Shown here: piece by piece, positions 34,363 to 47,700 of the stretch
Numbering within the stretch: the first letter of the stretch is position 1
Layout of the letters: every line of letters starts with the position of its first letter
NCBI GenBank assembly: GCA_030295235.1
Contig: AP026172.1
Location: 372,001-436,000 of the forward strand
Direction of reading: 5' to 3'
Length of the DNA: 64,000 nt
From: Fistulifera solaris
Taxonomy: Eukaryota
Notes under the pieces: generated by a model
Database searches by the model: none
What the model was told of the DNA's origin: nothing
Seen by the model: the letters and a program-made list of their open reading frames with translations, nothing else
Translations under genes and position numbers: made by a program

Positions 34363-35457
34363 TTACACAACTTTACAATACAGCTGAACTGCAGCAAACA
34401 AGCATATCATGTCATTTTCCTGTATCAAAAAGGAGATACGATAGGCTTCCAGTCTCTCTATTACTTCGGCATCCAAATATGCCTCCATGGCTTCTATAGG
34501 CGGTGGAGCATGGATGGTAGCCGGACCCGTGAGAACGCCGATCTTTTCGGCGGTCATCGGGTCAAGACATCGATGCACCAATTTCCACACCCACTCAAAG
34601 GATGGAGGCATCGGATATACATAGCACTTCGCCAATCGTTCTGGAAATAGCGACAGCAGTAGCGAAGATGTGGATTGAATGAATGGCAGAAGCTGCGCTC
34701 CGTTGGGATTCCGCCAACCGAGACCTCCCCGGACATCGATCAAAACAGTCAAGCACTCTAGCGTCTTCGGATCCATTTTCTGGTCCATATACAGAGCACT
34801 CGCTAAGGCATATGTACGCAAGCTAATCAGCCTGTCGTCCATTCGCCCAGGAATAATATGAATAATACGATTCCCTTCCCTGTCCTTCATAGGTTTCCCA
34901 TTCATCATGGTGTGAGTAGTCCCCATCTGAGGGACTTGTACCACATCCACTGTTTCTCCGCGAGATTTCGCGGCCACGGCCACTGCAATTCTCCAATCGT
35001 CAATGTCTTTATTCCCCGTGAGTGCCACGGAGGATCGAATCTCCCATTCCAACTTTTTGTGCTTAGTTTTCCACTCCATGTATTGTTGCAAATTATGAAT
35101 AGCGGAGCGGAGGTCGCCCTTGGTACCGACATAAAACCTCTGTCGTTCCTGCGGTGTTGCCGAAGGAACTTTGACATTCCAGAGTGGGTCTGTCAGAGGC
35201 TGATTGACTTCGGATGCGTCCGATAATGACGAATCATACGATAGGTCATCCGAAACAATACTCGGTACAGTACATGTCGAGTCGTGAAGACCTTCAAAAG
35301 ACGAGCTAGTCTTGCGACGCGGTTGTCTTCTATACCACCAAAACAGGATAAACGCTGCTACAAGATAGGAAGTGTCGAGGCATTTCACAGAAGCCCACAC
35401 CGTTGATGCGACCAAATGAGTCACGTCCAGCAGCAAAATACCCAGTTGATTGATCAT
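34363..35457 (-). CDS. CRAL-TRIO (Sec14-like) lipid-binding domain protein
   Basis: Y.EW, LTVLIDVRG, FPERLAKCYV and WVWKLV...LDPMTAEKI; N-terminal hydrophobic anchor. Confidence 0.8.
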   Translation of the reverse strand: MINQLGILLLDVTHLVASTVWASVKCLDTSYLVAAFILFWWYRRQPRRKTSSSFEGLHDSTCTVPSIVSDDLSYDSSLSDASEVNQPLTDPLWNVKVPSATPQERQRFYVGTKGDLRSAIHNLQQYMEWKTKHKKLEWEIRSSVALTGNKDIDDWRIAVAVAAKSRGETVDVVQVPQMGTTHTMMNGKPMKDREGNRIIHIIPGRMDDRLISLRTYALASALYMDQKMDPKTLECLTVLIDVRGGLGWRNPNGAQLLPFIQSTSSLLLSLFPERLAKCYVYPMPPSFEWVWKLVHRCLDPMTAEKIGVLTGPATIHAPPPIEAMEAYLDAEVIERLEAYRISFLIQENDMICLFAAVQLYCKVV

Positions 35458-36242
35458 TTCAAAATGAAAACGTGCAATTAACAAAAAAATCACCGTTGCA
35501 AATGGGTTGAATAGCGTCTACTCTAGGTTCAGCAAATTACAATGAGGCTGCCAGTCAAGTCACGATACGCAACAGTGGTCGCCTCGCCCCTTCAGCACTC
35601 CGCCTCGTCACCTTAATTTTCTGCGTTTCAATGTGTCTGATTTCTTGATGATTTGATGTGACTTATAATAACCATGTGGTGGTTCATTTTCACACGCTCC
35701 GTTTTGGTCTTTTCGCCAAAACAAACCGCCGCAGCCACTTGCTTTTTGTTGCTCGTCACTCGTCACGAAACGGTTGATGGCATCCTTCGCGAGGCGACTG
35801 TAAAGCGAACGTGTAGTGGGCTTATGCAACGACTTTCCGTCTAGCGTGAAGTGCACAGTCACATGGCTATGGATAGAAAGTACCACAATGGTACTCACGT
35901 CTGAATGACCAACTATGATACAAAAGTCATCCCTTATTCAGGGTGATTCTCTGGCTGAGTGCCCTTAGAATTGTCCGTTGAAAACAATCCGTTGACCGTT
36001 GTGTTTCTTTTTGTTAAGAAACATAACGTTATTATGTCGTAGTGGCTCAAACAATGGTGTCGCACTGGCTCGTGGCAGCTGGCAGCCGATCTTGAACGCA
36101 ACCTGCCCGTGCACGAAACCTCGCGTCCGGCGGTGGGGGATGACTGTTCGCAGCTTGCGAGCGTGACAACCATTCTTTCAAGCCTTCGAAAGGCATCCTT
36201 TACTCCACACATCTACAAATAATAGTTTGAAACGTATCGACC

Positions 36243-38504
36243 ATGTCCTCGGCACGGCCACGACGGACTCGGAAGCCCGTAGAAGTCTCCGAAACGGCGA
36301 AAGAAGTAGTGACTCTGGGATTGCGCAGCTTGGTGCAGGAACGGATCTTGGAAGATGTGTTTGTATCTGCTTCAAGTAAGTCTTTGCTTCTGTAACACGT
36401 CTGTTTGTCAAGAATCAAATTGTGGGGCATATAAAAGCTGAAACGGAGCTTCAGCTTCATCAGCTTGACTTCCTTTTTATACCTGGTAATCACTTTGGGT
36501 TCTCAACGGACACATTCGTTATAATCCAATTGTCGCTTTTTTCTTTCTTTCTCGCATGTCTCTCAACTGCCACTCTTTCAACAGACAAGTATCCAGGATG
36601 GAAAGTCCTCATTCTAGATGACCTTTCGATGAGAGTCATTTCGTCAGCTGTCGGTATGTATGATATCATGGAACGAAAAATCACGATTGTTGAGTCTTTG
36701 AACAAAAAGCGTGCCCCTTTCCCCGATATGGGAGCCGTTTACGTACTGGAACCGTCATCGGATAGTATTTCCAAGCTATTGCAGGATTTTGATAAAGGAA
36801 AAGTCCTTTACGGGAACGCGGTATTCCTCTACTTCCTCGGTCGTTTGCCGGATAACTTGTTGGATCAAATCAAGGGCTGCAAACAACTGCTCAAGCGTTT
36901 GAAGGCTTTGGCTGAGATTAATATTGACTTCTTGGCAAAAGAGGAACGAGCCTTTTCGTTTGATATGCGTGATTGCTTCGGTTCGTTCTATTTGCGCAAG
37001 GCCGCGAACGCTGAAGTTCGAAAAATTGCGGATCGACTCGTGACCGTTTGTGGAACTCTTAACGAGTATCCTCACATCCGATACAAACAGTCGTCTACCA
37101 TGTCCAGCAGCTTGGCTCAAATTTTTCACCGAAAAATGGACGACTTTGTAGCGCAGAATCCGAATTGGTGGTATCATGGTGGGCCCAAGAAAGGGGCGGG
37201 TGCGGCGAAAGAACGTGGTACTCTCTTGCTGCTGGATCGAGCCGATGATGCGTTGACGCCGTTGATGCATGATTTTTACTATCAGTCTATGGTTCGTGAT
37301 CTTCTCCCGATGGATGGAGACCGCATCACGTTTAAGGACGAATCTGTGGATGATCCGAACAAGACGGAGGATAAAGATGTCTTGTTGGATGAAAAAGATA
37401 AGCTGTGGGTTGAGATTAGGGGCTTTCACATTGCCCAAGTCATTCACACATTGTCCGAACGCATTCGCGAAATGGTGAATTCCTCTGCCGGAAGTGCATT
37501 CGGTGGAAAGTCAAAGGGTGATATGACTCTCGCACAAATGGCTGCGGCGATGAAGGCTCTTCCCGAGTACAAAGAGGTCATGTCGAAGCTTACACAGCAC
37601 ATGCATATCGCTCATGAGTGCATGGATGCGTTGAAAAAGGATAAGTTGATGGACTTGGCCAATTTAGAGCAGACATTGGCGACTGGTACGGACGAAGACG
37701 GAAATGCTCCCAAACTTCCCGACCTCATTGACGCAGCCGAAGATCTCATCATGAATATGAAGAATGTGAAAGACCGTCTTCGGTTAATTCTTATCATCAC
37801 CATCAGCCAGGGAGGACTTCGTCAGCAAGATCGTCGGAGACTTATGAATGCGGCTGAGCTTACCAGAAAAGATATGAGAACGTTGAACAGCTTAGAGGTA
37901 CTTGGTTTGTCTTTATTCGCATCTCCCGCCGAAAAGAAAGGCGGCCTGGCCTCGTTGTTTGGGTGAGTGTAGTACGAGTCGATATTCGAGGAAACATGAA
38001 CGTCGTCATCTTACTTTTTTTGCTTGCAGTCGTGGATCGTCGGCTGGAGAGGATGACGAGGAATATGCTGCTACACGATACAAGCCCAGGATCAAGGCGG
38101 TCCTTGAGAGTTTGGCCAACGGAACGCTCAGCTTGGAAGAATATCCGAGCGTCTTGCCCATGCCAGAGAGCGCAGCGGCGGCGTCGAAGCGTGGTAGTAC
38201 AGCACGCGGTGCAGCTACGCGACGGGGTGTGGAAAGCGCTCGCAAAAAATCGGACACTTCATCACGTTGGAATAAATCCAGCGTGTCTGACCGAGGAAGT
38301 GCCACTTCTGGTACCGGCGCCGCGTTTGGTGGAGGACGATGCATCGTCTTTATGCTGGGAGGTTTAGCCTACTCTGAAATTCGCGTGGCTCGCGAGGTGA
38401 TGAAAAGTGAGTCCACCGAGATCATTATTGGGTCGACGGCGTTTGTTTCACCCAAGGAATACATGAATGAATTAGAATCGCTTGGGGAAGATGTCGACGA
38501 GTAA
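36243..38504 (+). CDS. SEC1: Sec1/Munc18 (SM) syntaxin-binding protein (3 exons)
   Basis: WKVLILDD, EYPHIRY, LLLLDRADD.LTPLMHDFYYQSM, LEQTLATG, FMLGGLAYSEIR and IIIGST. Introns at 36376-36584 and 37963-38029. Confidence 0.93.
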
Positions 38505-38621
38505 AAGGTTTGATTTTGTCGACGAAATGCGAGGAAAATAAGACAGGAAGAGGTCTTTACAATACGAAAGAAGTAACCTAGTTTAAGGTAAACATTGAAT
38601 TGTTTTGCCATTCTAAAGTTC

Positions 38622-39705
38622 TTAGTCTTTGGATTGGACTTTAATCTTTCCATTCTCATCCATCTCCATATGCTTTAAAGGAGCAAATGTTCGGCGATGA
38701 ATGATGGTGGCTCCATGGTCTCGAACCGCTTTCATATGAAAGGCCGTCGGATAACCTTTGTTTTGTTTGAGATCATATTCGGGATAGAGCGCGTCGTACG
38801 CATGCATGAGCCGATCACGTGTGACTTTCGCCAGAATGGAAGCCGCCGCAATGGAAAACTCTCGACTATCTCCTTTAACGATGGCCTCTGCTTCGCAGGG
38901 CATTGATTTGGGTAGACGATTCCCATCAATCAGAGCGTACGCTTTTTCAGTTACTGGCTTTAATGTGGTGAATTTCCCTGCCGCATCCGTGGCTCCACAA
39001 ACAATATAACAACCTTTATGTTGGATGCTCGCTTCGGGCTGTGTCGGGTAATCCTCGACCTGCCCCTGCAACACCGCTTGGGCACAGATGCGCATGCCTT
39101 CCAACGTCGCCTGCAAAATATTGATTTCATCAATTCTGACAGCATCGATGACCGCCACCGCCCACCGTAGATTAGGACTCTGTAAAATTCGCTCAAACAA
39201 TTCTTCTCGTTGTTCTTCTTTCGTGATTTGTTTGCTATCGGTGATACCGGCAATGTTCGTGGGGATGATGGCGGCGGCCGTGACGACCGGTCCACACAAG
39301 GGACCACGGCCGGCTTCATCAATGCCCATGACGAACGAGTATTCTTTTAAAGAGTCTTCTCGTGTTCGTGGGAGGCAGGTCGTTTCTGTATTGTCAAGGT
39401 CACGGGTTTCTTTCTTCTTTTTTGTGGTAGTTCGAGGCTTTTTTTTCGGCAGTATTTGTTGTTGTTGTTTTGACACTACGTGATCGCTTCTTGGGTTTTT
39501 TCTGCAACAAAGGATTCTCATTCTGTTCGTCTTCACTATCATTTGTTACAACAGACACTTGTGTAGCAAGGAAACGCGGACTCCGGCGTGGCGGTTCCGA
39601 TGGAGTGCGTTGTTGTGATGATCGTCGATCCATGATAGGGATGATGATTCGCGACTGATAAGAAACAAGACCAGCACGATAAAGAAGGAGTCGGGCAAAG
39701 CGCAT
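38622..39705 (-). CDS. rnhB: Ribonuclease HII, bacterial type, with N-terminal extension (possibly organellar)
   Basis: GIDEAGRGPLCGPVV, DSKQ, IDEINILQAT, LIDGN, VKGD, SIAAASILAKVTRD and NKGYPT..H. Frameshift in the T run 39439-39446. Confidence 0.9.
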
Positions 39706-40091
39706 GAAATGATGAATGTTTCGTTACAACAAAAAGACACTTGCCGCAACAAAGATAGCTTTTTATTGTTGCATCATGCTGATGGGCGCATTGGTTTTCT
39801 CAAAATCCGGAAATCACAGTACCAGTACCGGATGCAAAAGCACATGCTGTTTTTAATACGGGACTTGATCAGTCCTTTTGGCGGACGAAGACAGGACGCA
39901 ACTTGATGTTTTTTCTTCTCTGGCGACTTCGGGTTTTTGCGTTGCAACAATACAAAGTACCGGTACTCGTACTGGTAAACACGAAGGAAAAACACCATCC
40001 ACATTCTCGTTGTGCTTCGCATTCTTCACTTCCATTTGAATCCATCGCAGAGTTCTCACATTCCTCTATACACGACAATATAATCATAAAC

Positions 40092-41004
40092 ATGAGTTTA
40101 CGAACTGCCATGAACAGTCTTTTCTCCCCCAATGGTGGCATCGGCTGGAATTGGCGTTCTCGCCGCCATGCCCTGGATGTCTTCGGGTGTTTCCTTGGCT
40201 TTCTTACAAGGCGCCAACGTCGCAGCCTTTTGTGCCAATTGTTTGGCCGTGTCGATTCCAGGTCGTATCGATGGCATGCAAGATCAAGAGATGCGTCCCG
40301 GATTGTTACGCGCTGACGATGATCCAGTTACGTACGAATCTCCCGATTATACGAACGTCTATTCTCCCTCCCGAGGACGGACCATGGTGGCGCCATCGGG
40401 TTGGGCGTTTGCGATATGGGGTCCCATTTATGCCGGTGAAGCAATATTTACTGTAGCACAATTCTTTCCGCAATCGGGTTTGGTCATTTATCTTCCTTCG
40501 ATATCGGCTCCGTTCATTGCGGCCAATCTCTTTCAGTCCCTCTGGTGTGCGTCCTTCCGTCCGCAGTATCAAGGCTGGGCGAGTTATATCAGTGTAGCCA
40601 TGTTGGGAGGAACAGCGTATTCCCTTTCCCAAGTACATGCGGTGGCTTTTACGGCAACGGGTCCGGCATATTGGTTCCTGTTGCCCTTGTCGATTCACTT
40701 TGGTTGGACGACGGCGGCGACCTTGGTCAATTTGTCAGGTTCTGTCGCCATGAGTCCCGAAAATTCGGACGAAGCCGTCACGGCGATGGGGCATTCCTCG
40801 GCGGTTTTGGCGACGGCACTCGGAGTGGGACTCACCCTTAATCATGCGGCGCCGGTCTATGGCTTGACATTGGCGTGGGCGTTGTCGGCGTGTGCCGATG
40901 GAATGAAATCTCGTGATGCGCCGGCAGCTAAAATTATGCAGAAATTGTGCTGGACGGGGGCACTGGCGTGTGCTACGGCGGCAGCTTCTACTTTTGTTCT
41001 TTAA
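40092..41004 (+). CDS. Multi-pass membrane protein, TspO/MBR-like
   Basis: APSGWAFAIWGPIY and SIHFGWTTAATLVN. Start at 40092 needs a frameshift near 40125; the in-frame ATG is at 40132. Confidence 0.6.
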
Positions 41005-41081
41005 AAACGAGAGATGAGAAAAAGAAGAATGTGCTTACAATTTATGAAAGATAGATTACGAAACAAGAAGGAGTCACTTCA

Positions 41082-42874
41082 TTATGAATTCACACGAGGG
41101 CGCTTGCTATTGCCGATCGTTGACGTTTCCACGTGTTCCGCGTCGTTTAATTGTGCACGTTGTGAGTCTTGTATATCCAAGTCGATTTCATTTCCTTCAT
41201 CTTGTATGTCATCTATATCAATAGCATTTTCATCTTGCTCACTGTCGTACAAGTCGATCACATTTGCATCGTCATCATCCTCGACTGGCAAACTAGTATG
41301 TATCGTACTTCCGGCTTCTCCATAATCGATTATAATTTCGTTCTCATCAACTGGCGCCTTGGCATCTTCAACTCGGTTCACGGAATAAGGAATCGTGATA
41401 ATGTGGTCCAAACCTAGTTTCCGAAGGAAATCATCGGTCTGAGGATTCCCCATGGGATGTAGAGGAGGTGGAAGTTGTCGAGGAAGTGGGGCGGGAGGGC
41501 CTTGATGGGCCGGTACTGTCGGTTGGAAAGCAGTCGGATCAATGTTTAACGAAACAGAGGAACGAATAACATCGATTTCTTCGCGGCTGATGGACACGGC
41601 ATCTACGGGGACTTGGACCGGTCCTCGACTAGTACTCGAAAAATGATGCGTTTTCCGAAGCACTGCCAACCATTCTGGATCATACGAAAGGCCACTCGAC
41701 TCGTCGTCTTCACCGATTGGCTTTTCAATATGAACGATGGAGAGAAAGTGCCTGCGAGGTAAACATTTGTCTAGCGAAAGGAATTGTGTCATCATGTCGG
41801 TCAAGTCGTCCCCTGAACATGGATCTTTTCCTGTCATGGCAATGAATTCAGTCGTTTCATTGGATTTTTCGTCTTTCGTTGAAGAAGGCGGAACGCTTGT
41901 TGGCGATGACTTAATCACTTGCGACGGCGTCAACTGCAAGTTGTTTTGTTGCTTAACGTCTTTTTTCTTTACTGTGTCTCATAGTTGCTTTGAATTTGAC
42001 ATGCAAATGCGCCGAAAACCACCACGGTGGCTTAATCGCCTGCAACAATTCTTCGTTTGGAGGACTACCCAGACAATTATGTTGAACTTCGTCGCGAAAG
42101 AAGGGCTTCTTTTCAACAATCCTTCAGTATTTCCGTGTTGCTCAATACCACGAGGCCAATCATGACTCAACATAATGTTCACTACGGATGATTCTGGGCG
42201 AAAAGTTTTCGCTGTCTGAGCATAACACTTCATTCGGTACACATCCACTTCTCGAACATGGTAGATACTTCGTAACGCCGATTGATCCAAAGGAAACGTT
42301 TCAAAGCGTCCTTTCTGGTAATCATGCGGTTTGTAAATCCCGCTGATCCCCCCCTATGCGGATTCCTTTGTAACGCACCACTCCCGCGGCTCCTAAATAG
42401 TAAATGTTGGGTGCCACCCATCCACCACAATACAACTCCTGCAAAGGCTGTGAAGCTTCATGATTGCCTCCTATAAAGACGGTCAAGGTAGGAGCCCGTT
42501 GCTGTCCACTGTAATAGCGATAGAACGAGCCCAAGGTCCGATATTTGGGAGGTACTGCCATACTGTGAAAATCTGCTGTATTCCGCACGGATTGAAAATC
42601 GCCACAACACAACAACAAATCAACGAGACGTCCCGTTGCTTGCTCATGACGTGCTAAACGTTCGTAAATCACATCTAATTCTCCGTGACAACACCCTTCA
42701 ACGGCAATCGTCACGGAAGTTTCGGAAACTACCCCGAGTTCTTCAATATCTAAATCGATGGGAGTGTCGTTTCTCCGACCGTTGTTGTTGTGAAATCTGC
42801 GTCCGCCACGTCGTCCTCCTCTTATGTCGCGGCCGCTTCCTCGGGAAGGACCTCCCCGGTAAAAAAGATCGCAT
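41082..42874 (-). CDS. DBR1: RNA lariat debranching enzyme
   Basis: [66 protein letters not shown] and YDPEWLA. Several homopolymer frameshifts (e.g. 42861-42866, 42348-42354). Confidence 0.92.
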
Positions 42875-42992
42875 GTTAAAAAGCAAGTAGCAGTTCTCTG
42901 GGTGATAAAACAATAGAAGACAGACCACAAACTGTTGCAGATACACAAAAAGTCAACAACGAAACGAGTGATAAGACACGAAAGGCAAAATG

Positions 42993-43065
42993 TGGAGGAT
43001 GCCGGAATCGAACCGGCGACCTTGTGCATGCTAAGCACACGCTCTGCCAACTGAGCTAAACCCCC
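42993..43065 (-). tRNA. tRNA-Ala(AGC)
   Basis: Reverse complement GGGGGTTTAGCTCAGTTGGCAGAGCGTGTGCTTAGCATGCACAAGGTCGCCGGTTCGATTCCGGCATCCTCCA forms a cloverleaf with anticodon AGC, G3:U70 and a TTCGA T-loop. A TTTT terminator follows. Confidence 0.97.
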
Positions 43066-43154
43066 TCTCTCAGAATGTGGCACCTTTACATTTATGTTTA
43101 AGTCAATTGGTTTAACATCAACCGCACAAAAATAATAATGTGAAGCAAAGGAAC

Positions 43155-43235
43155 AACATCGCTTCAATTCTTTACCTGATGATTTCTTTGTTAACATCGC
43201 TTCAATTCTCTACCTGATGATTTCTTTGTTAACAT
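43155..43235. repeat. 38-bp tandem duplication
   Basis: aacatcgcttcaattct(t/c)tacctgatgatttctttgtt twice with one mismatch, plus a partial third unit. Confidence 0.9.
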
Positions 43236-43244
43236 AACAGTATT

Positions 43245-44680
43245 ATGGTATTTCCTCTCAACTCCACAGGTATCGTTCTTCGAAGATGCCTAGCACACAC
43301 GAAACTGTACGTTCGATACATTGACACTTCGGCCTTTGATGATGTGAAGAAAACGCTACCACCACCACCACAACCCAAATCCAAAAGCTCCAAACCCAGT
43401 TATCGCTTTGTGGATCGCACACGCGTTCGCGTGGCAGGAGGGATGGGTGGGAAAGGATCATTGTCAATGAAACCATCCCGGAAACGCTATAAACTCAGAC
43501 CCGACGGTGGACACGGCGGCAATGGAGGGAGTGTCATTCTCGTGGCAGATCCGAACGAACAATCTTTGCGATGGTCGCATCCGCACCTGCAAGCGGAAAA
43601 AGGTAGCAATGGGGATAGTCAGGATTGTCACGGAAGGAATGGTGAAAATTTGATTGTGCGAGTGCCTTGTGGAGTGTTGGTCAAGCGAGTATTGAATCAT
43701 GGAGAAGTATGGGATGAAGATAGGGAAATGGTATTGAATAGTAGAACCGATGACAGTCCACTTTACGAAAGTGAAGATAAAGTCGAAGTATCACGTGAGG
43801 TACAGGCTTTATTGGATGCCATGATTCATACAGACGACAATGATTTGGAGGATGCCGATGATGAAGAAGAGGACTGGGATAGTGATGATGATAATGCTGA
43901 TATTCAAAAGAGCGCGATAGAATAATACTGGCCGATCTCGACAAACCTGGCGCGCATGTGATGGTGGCCAGGGGCGGTCGTGGGGGTCTAGGTTCATCCA
44001 TTTACGGCGGCGAGTCGGGCCCCATGCCCGATCCTCGTGAAATGATTGCCAAGTCCAAGCCACAACCCGGCGAAGTCGCCTTTCTGGAATTAGAACTGAA
44101 ATTAATTGCGGATATTGGCTTAGTCGGCTTTCCTAATGCTGGAAAATCAAGTTTGCTGAGGGCAATGAGTCGAGCTACGCCAGAAGTGGCGCCCTATCCA
44201 TTTACAACGTTGCACCCTATCTTGGGCAGTGTCGATTACCGTGATGGTATTCGCATTCGAGTGGCGGATATTCCGGGATTAATTGACGGTGCATCCGAGG
44301 GGCGAGGCAAAGGTTTCGACTTTCTTCGGCACATTGAGCGTACCAAAGCGCTTCTTTACATCGTAGACGCTGCTGGAGTTGATTTCCGTGATCCTGTGGA
44401 AGACATTCGAGTATTAGCGAACGAGATAGCCTCGTATGGAGATGGGGCTATGATGGATAGGAGGGCGCTGATTGTAGCCAACAAAATCGATCTTTTGACC
44501 GAAGAGAGTCTTCCTGAGCTTAAATACGCTATTTCACAGGCAGCCAAGGATATGGGAATACTGACGGATCATGAAATCTTTGCCATTAGTGCCGGTGTCA
44601 CAGGGACAGGACTGTCATCGCTTTCGAAAGCCATGCGGGAAATTGTTGCCTTTGTAGACGAAGAAAAAGACTTATGGTAG
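43245..44680 (+). CDS. Obg-family GTPase (organellar MTG2/ObgE-like)
   Basis: FVDR.RV...GG.GG.G, PDGGHGGNGGSV, LELKLIADIGLVGFPNAGKSS, YPFTTLHP, DIPG and NKID. Frameshift near 43906-43925. Confidence 0.93.
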
Positions 44681-44730
44681 GGTAAATCTTATTGATTAGC
44701 TTTCAAATAGAAGTTAACTTGTTCTAGTTT

Positions 44731-47700
44731 TTATGCAATTGCATTAAATGGTAGAGAGATAACATGCCCCTTCTGTTGAATGTAGTTTAAGATAGGTTCA
44801 AGTACAGCACTGCCTTTTGACAAGGTAGAAAACGATCCGATCAAAATCAATTTAAACTTTGCTCTGGTAATCGCCACATTGATTCGGCTGAGATCTTCGA
44901 GCAGTCGTCCCGCTTTAAATTTGGAATTACTGCGAACGAAGGAAACCACAATAACGGGCTTATCACGTCCCTGATAGCGGTCAATCGTACTGACTTCCAG
45001 TCCGTCACTGCTATGTTTAGCGATGACATTGTCTTCCTGGAGTCGGTGCAGCTGAGAGAAAAATGAGTTTAGTCACAGCAAGCACTGCGTGCTTTAAAGC
45101 GGCCCCACTCAAACGTACCTGTGCCCTAAACGGAGAAATTACACCGATAGACGACGGTGGGAGACCACAGGAAATAAAATCATCAACAACTTGACGAACA
45201 ACTTGTACTTCGGTTTCGTTGATAATGGGGCTCCCTCTTGCTTTACCGGAAGAACTTTCTAAGTCAGCGTGTTTACTTGAGGAAATGGCGTCGGTATTCA
45301 GGAAAACCAGAGGTAAAGAAGGATCTATAGCTGGCTTGCGCCAAGCACTATTCGGCAAGCAAAGATGGCTACCGTCAAGGAAACCCGGCAAATGCAACGT
45401 GGTTTTTGCCACTTGATCATTCCCACATCTCATTTTCCCGTCGTAGACGAAGCGACTGCTTAACTCGCAGATATCATCGTGCATACGATATTGGTAAGTT
45501 AATGGTGCAATCGACTCTGGATGACTTTCGGCTAGATGTTTCAACAGTGACACTCCGAAGCCTGCAAAAAAGTGAGTCGATACAGATATGTAAGCAACCA
45601 CTATTATTCTCTATACGCAACCTACCTCCTTCTGCCGCGAGGTCACTAATTACAAGAGGTGGAAGCTGTTTGTGATCTCCGACAAGCACAAACGAATTCG
45701 ATGCCATGATTGCGCCAAGCACAGCAGGTTGGCTTATTTGACCCGCCTCGTCCACGATAACGACATCAAACTCTTCCCCCCTGTAGCAGCGGGGACCTCG
45801 GTATTGACAGGGCGGTGGCACCAACAATGCGAGCCGATCTAATGACACGTCGAAGGGATTCGACCCGAGGAGGAAGTTGATCCTGTGACTCTAAGGTCTG
45901 CGCAGCCGCTGGAGCCAATATGAGATGAACTCCTGGATGACAAGATGATTCGAGGCCAACTCTGATGACAGCAGAAGACGGACGTAGTGGGCTTGTTTCG
46001 TTCACTCCCTTCTCAATTAGTTTGAGTAGAACGTTGTCGACTGCGGCGTGTGTATATGCTGTTATCAGAACGCGTTTTCCGTGCGCCGCCAGCAACCTGG
46101 CAACGAACGTAATAATGGAGGTTTTTCCAGTTCCTGGCAGACCTTGTATGATACCATAATCTTGCGCTGACATGACCTGGTGTATGACCGTTGTAAATTT
46201 AGACGGGGCACCACACCCGCATGCCACATACTTTACCATCCTACTTACCATTTTTGTTGCTGCTTGTTGATCAGGATTCAATTCCGCATACTCAGCGGCC
46301 AAATCCATCAAGTCACAACCTGGGACCAACGCAGGAAGTTCGGACCCGCTCTTTTCAGGTGAGAATATAGAATGGAGAGAAGTTCGTAGTCGGGGAGCGC
46401 TTCGCCGAATCACTATGTCGCGAAGGTTTTTGAGTCGAGATGCAGCGAGCAACGTTTGCTTTCCCTCTATGGCCTGTCGTGTTTCCAATGACAGAAAGTT
46501 AATTAGATTTCGCCTTAAAGTCCCAGTGCCACAAGCCACGTCGTCGCTGTCGATCCGAAAAACTAATGATTCGTCCGAGCCTACGAATCTAATCATTCGA
46601 GTAAGGTCGTCCACGGACGACCGAACTTCAACTTCGTCACTTGCTATACGATGAATGAAGCCCCTTACGATGTGCATTTGATCCTTCGATGACCTGGGAT
46701 TGCCGCAAGTTGTCACTCTGTCGACACTGATCACCGCATGAGTCCCAGGCTGGATGGAGAGATTATGTAAGTTTTGCTGGCTGTGCATTGGTATAAATTT
46801 AGATTTTCTGAAAAGAGAATGGCGGATGAGCCCTCCTTGCACGCGCCTTTTGTTGATTTCAAGGCGTCAAATTGAAGCCGAGAAATGCAGTTGCCGGAAT
46901 TTGCTTCTCGCTTTTCTGAACGCTCTAACCAGGTCTCAGCAATCAACGATCTACTGGCATCGGCTTCAAGATCAATCAACCGATCCCACCGCGAAAAATA
47001 TTCGAGATCTTCAGGAAGCAGGTGTCCTGTATATCGATTTACAAGATCGCTACGACTCTCGCGTGCGTTGGAAGCCCCCGCAGAAATAGAATTGGCTCTC
47101 ATGTATGTCATGCACTCTCTATTTGAATAACACTTTTCGCAAGTAAATCCGGATTGGAGCACTTCCGGGAGAACGGTGGGAGTGGATGCATCAAGTAGAC
47201 CTAACTTTGAAATTCCTTCTGCTTCCTGAACAACTGTAAGACCACGCAGTTTAGTAGCACGAACTTGTGCACTGGCGACTGTATTTCGCACTCCAAGTAA
47301 TGTCTTGAGATGGGGAAGCGCCGGTGTAGCGTGCACTGCACGCAGATTTTCTTTATTCATGTAGAGCAACAAACCATTGGGAGCAGTATTTTGTTGGGTT
47401 CCGTATCGCGTTTGCATCATTAGTAAGTACAGGAGCAATTGAGCCATATGTGATTCGTGTGTCTTCTGGCTATGACCCGTCTTGAGTTCAACTCCAAAGA
47501 GGCTTCGTCCTGCACGGCCTTGGTGAATTACCTCAGCGTCGACAATCATATCAATATTTCCTTTCAGTCCCAGCTCTGGAGATATACAGGGCTCCTCTAC
47601 GGCTTCAACAGACTTGGCTAAGAACTGAACGGAAGGTTGTTCAAACATGTTTCGAAGAATCGCTCCACCAGATCGGCTGCTTTTCAAGTCTGTGTATTGT

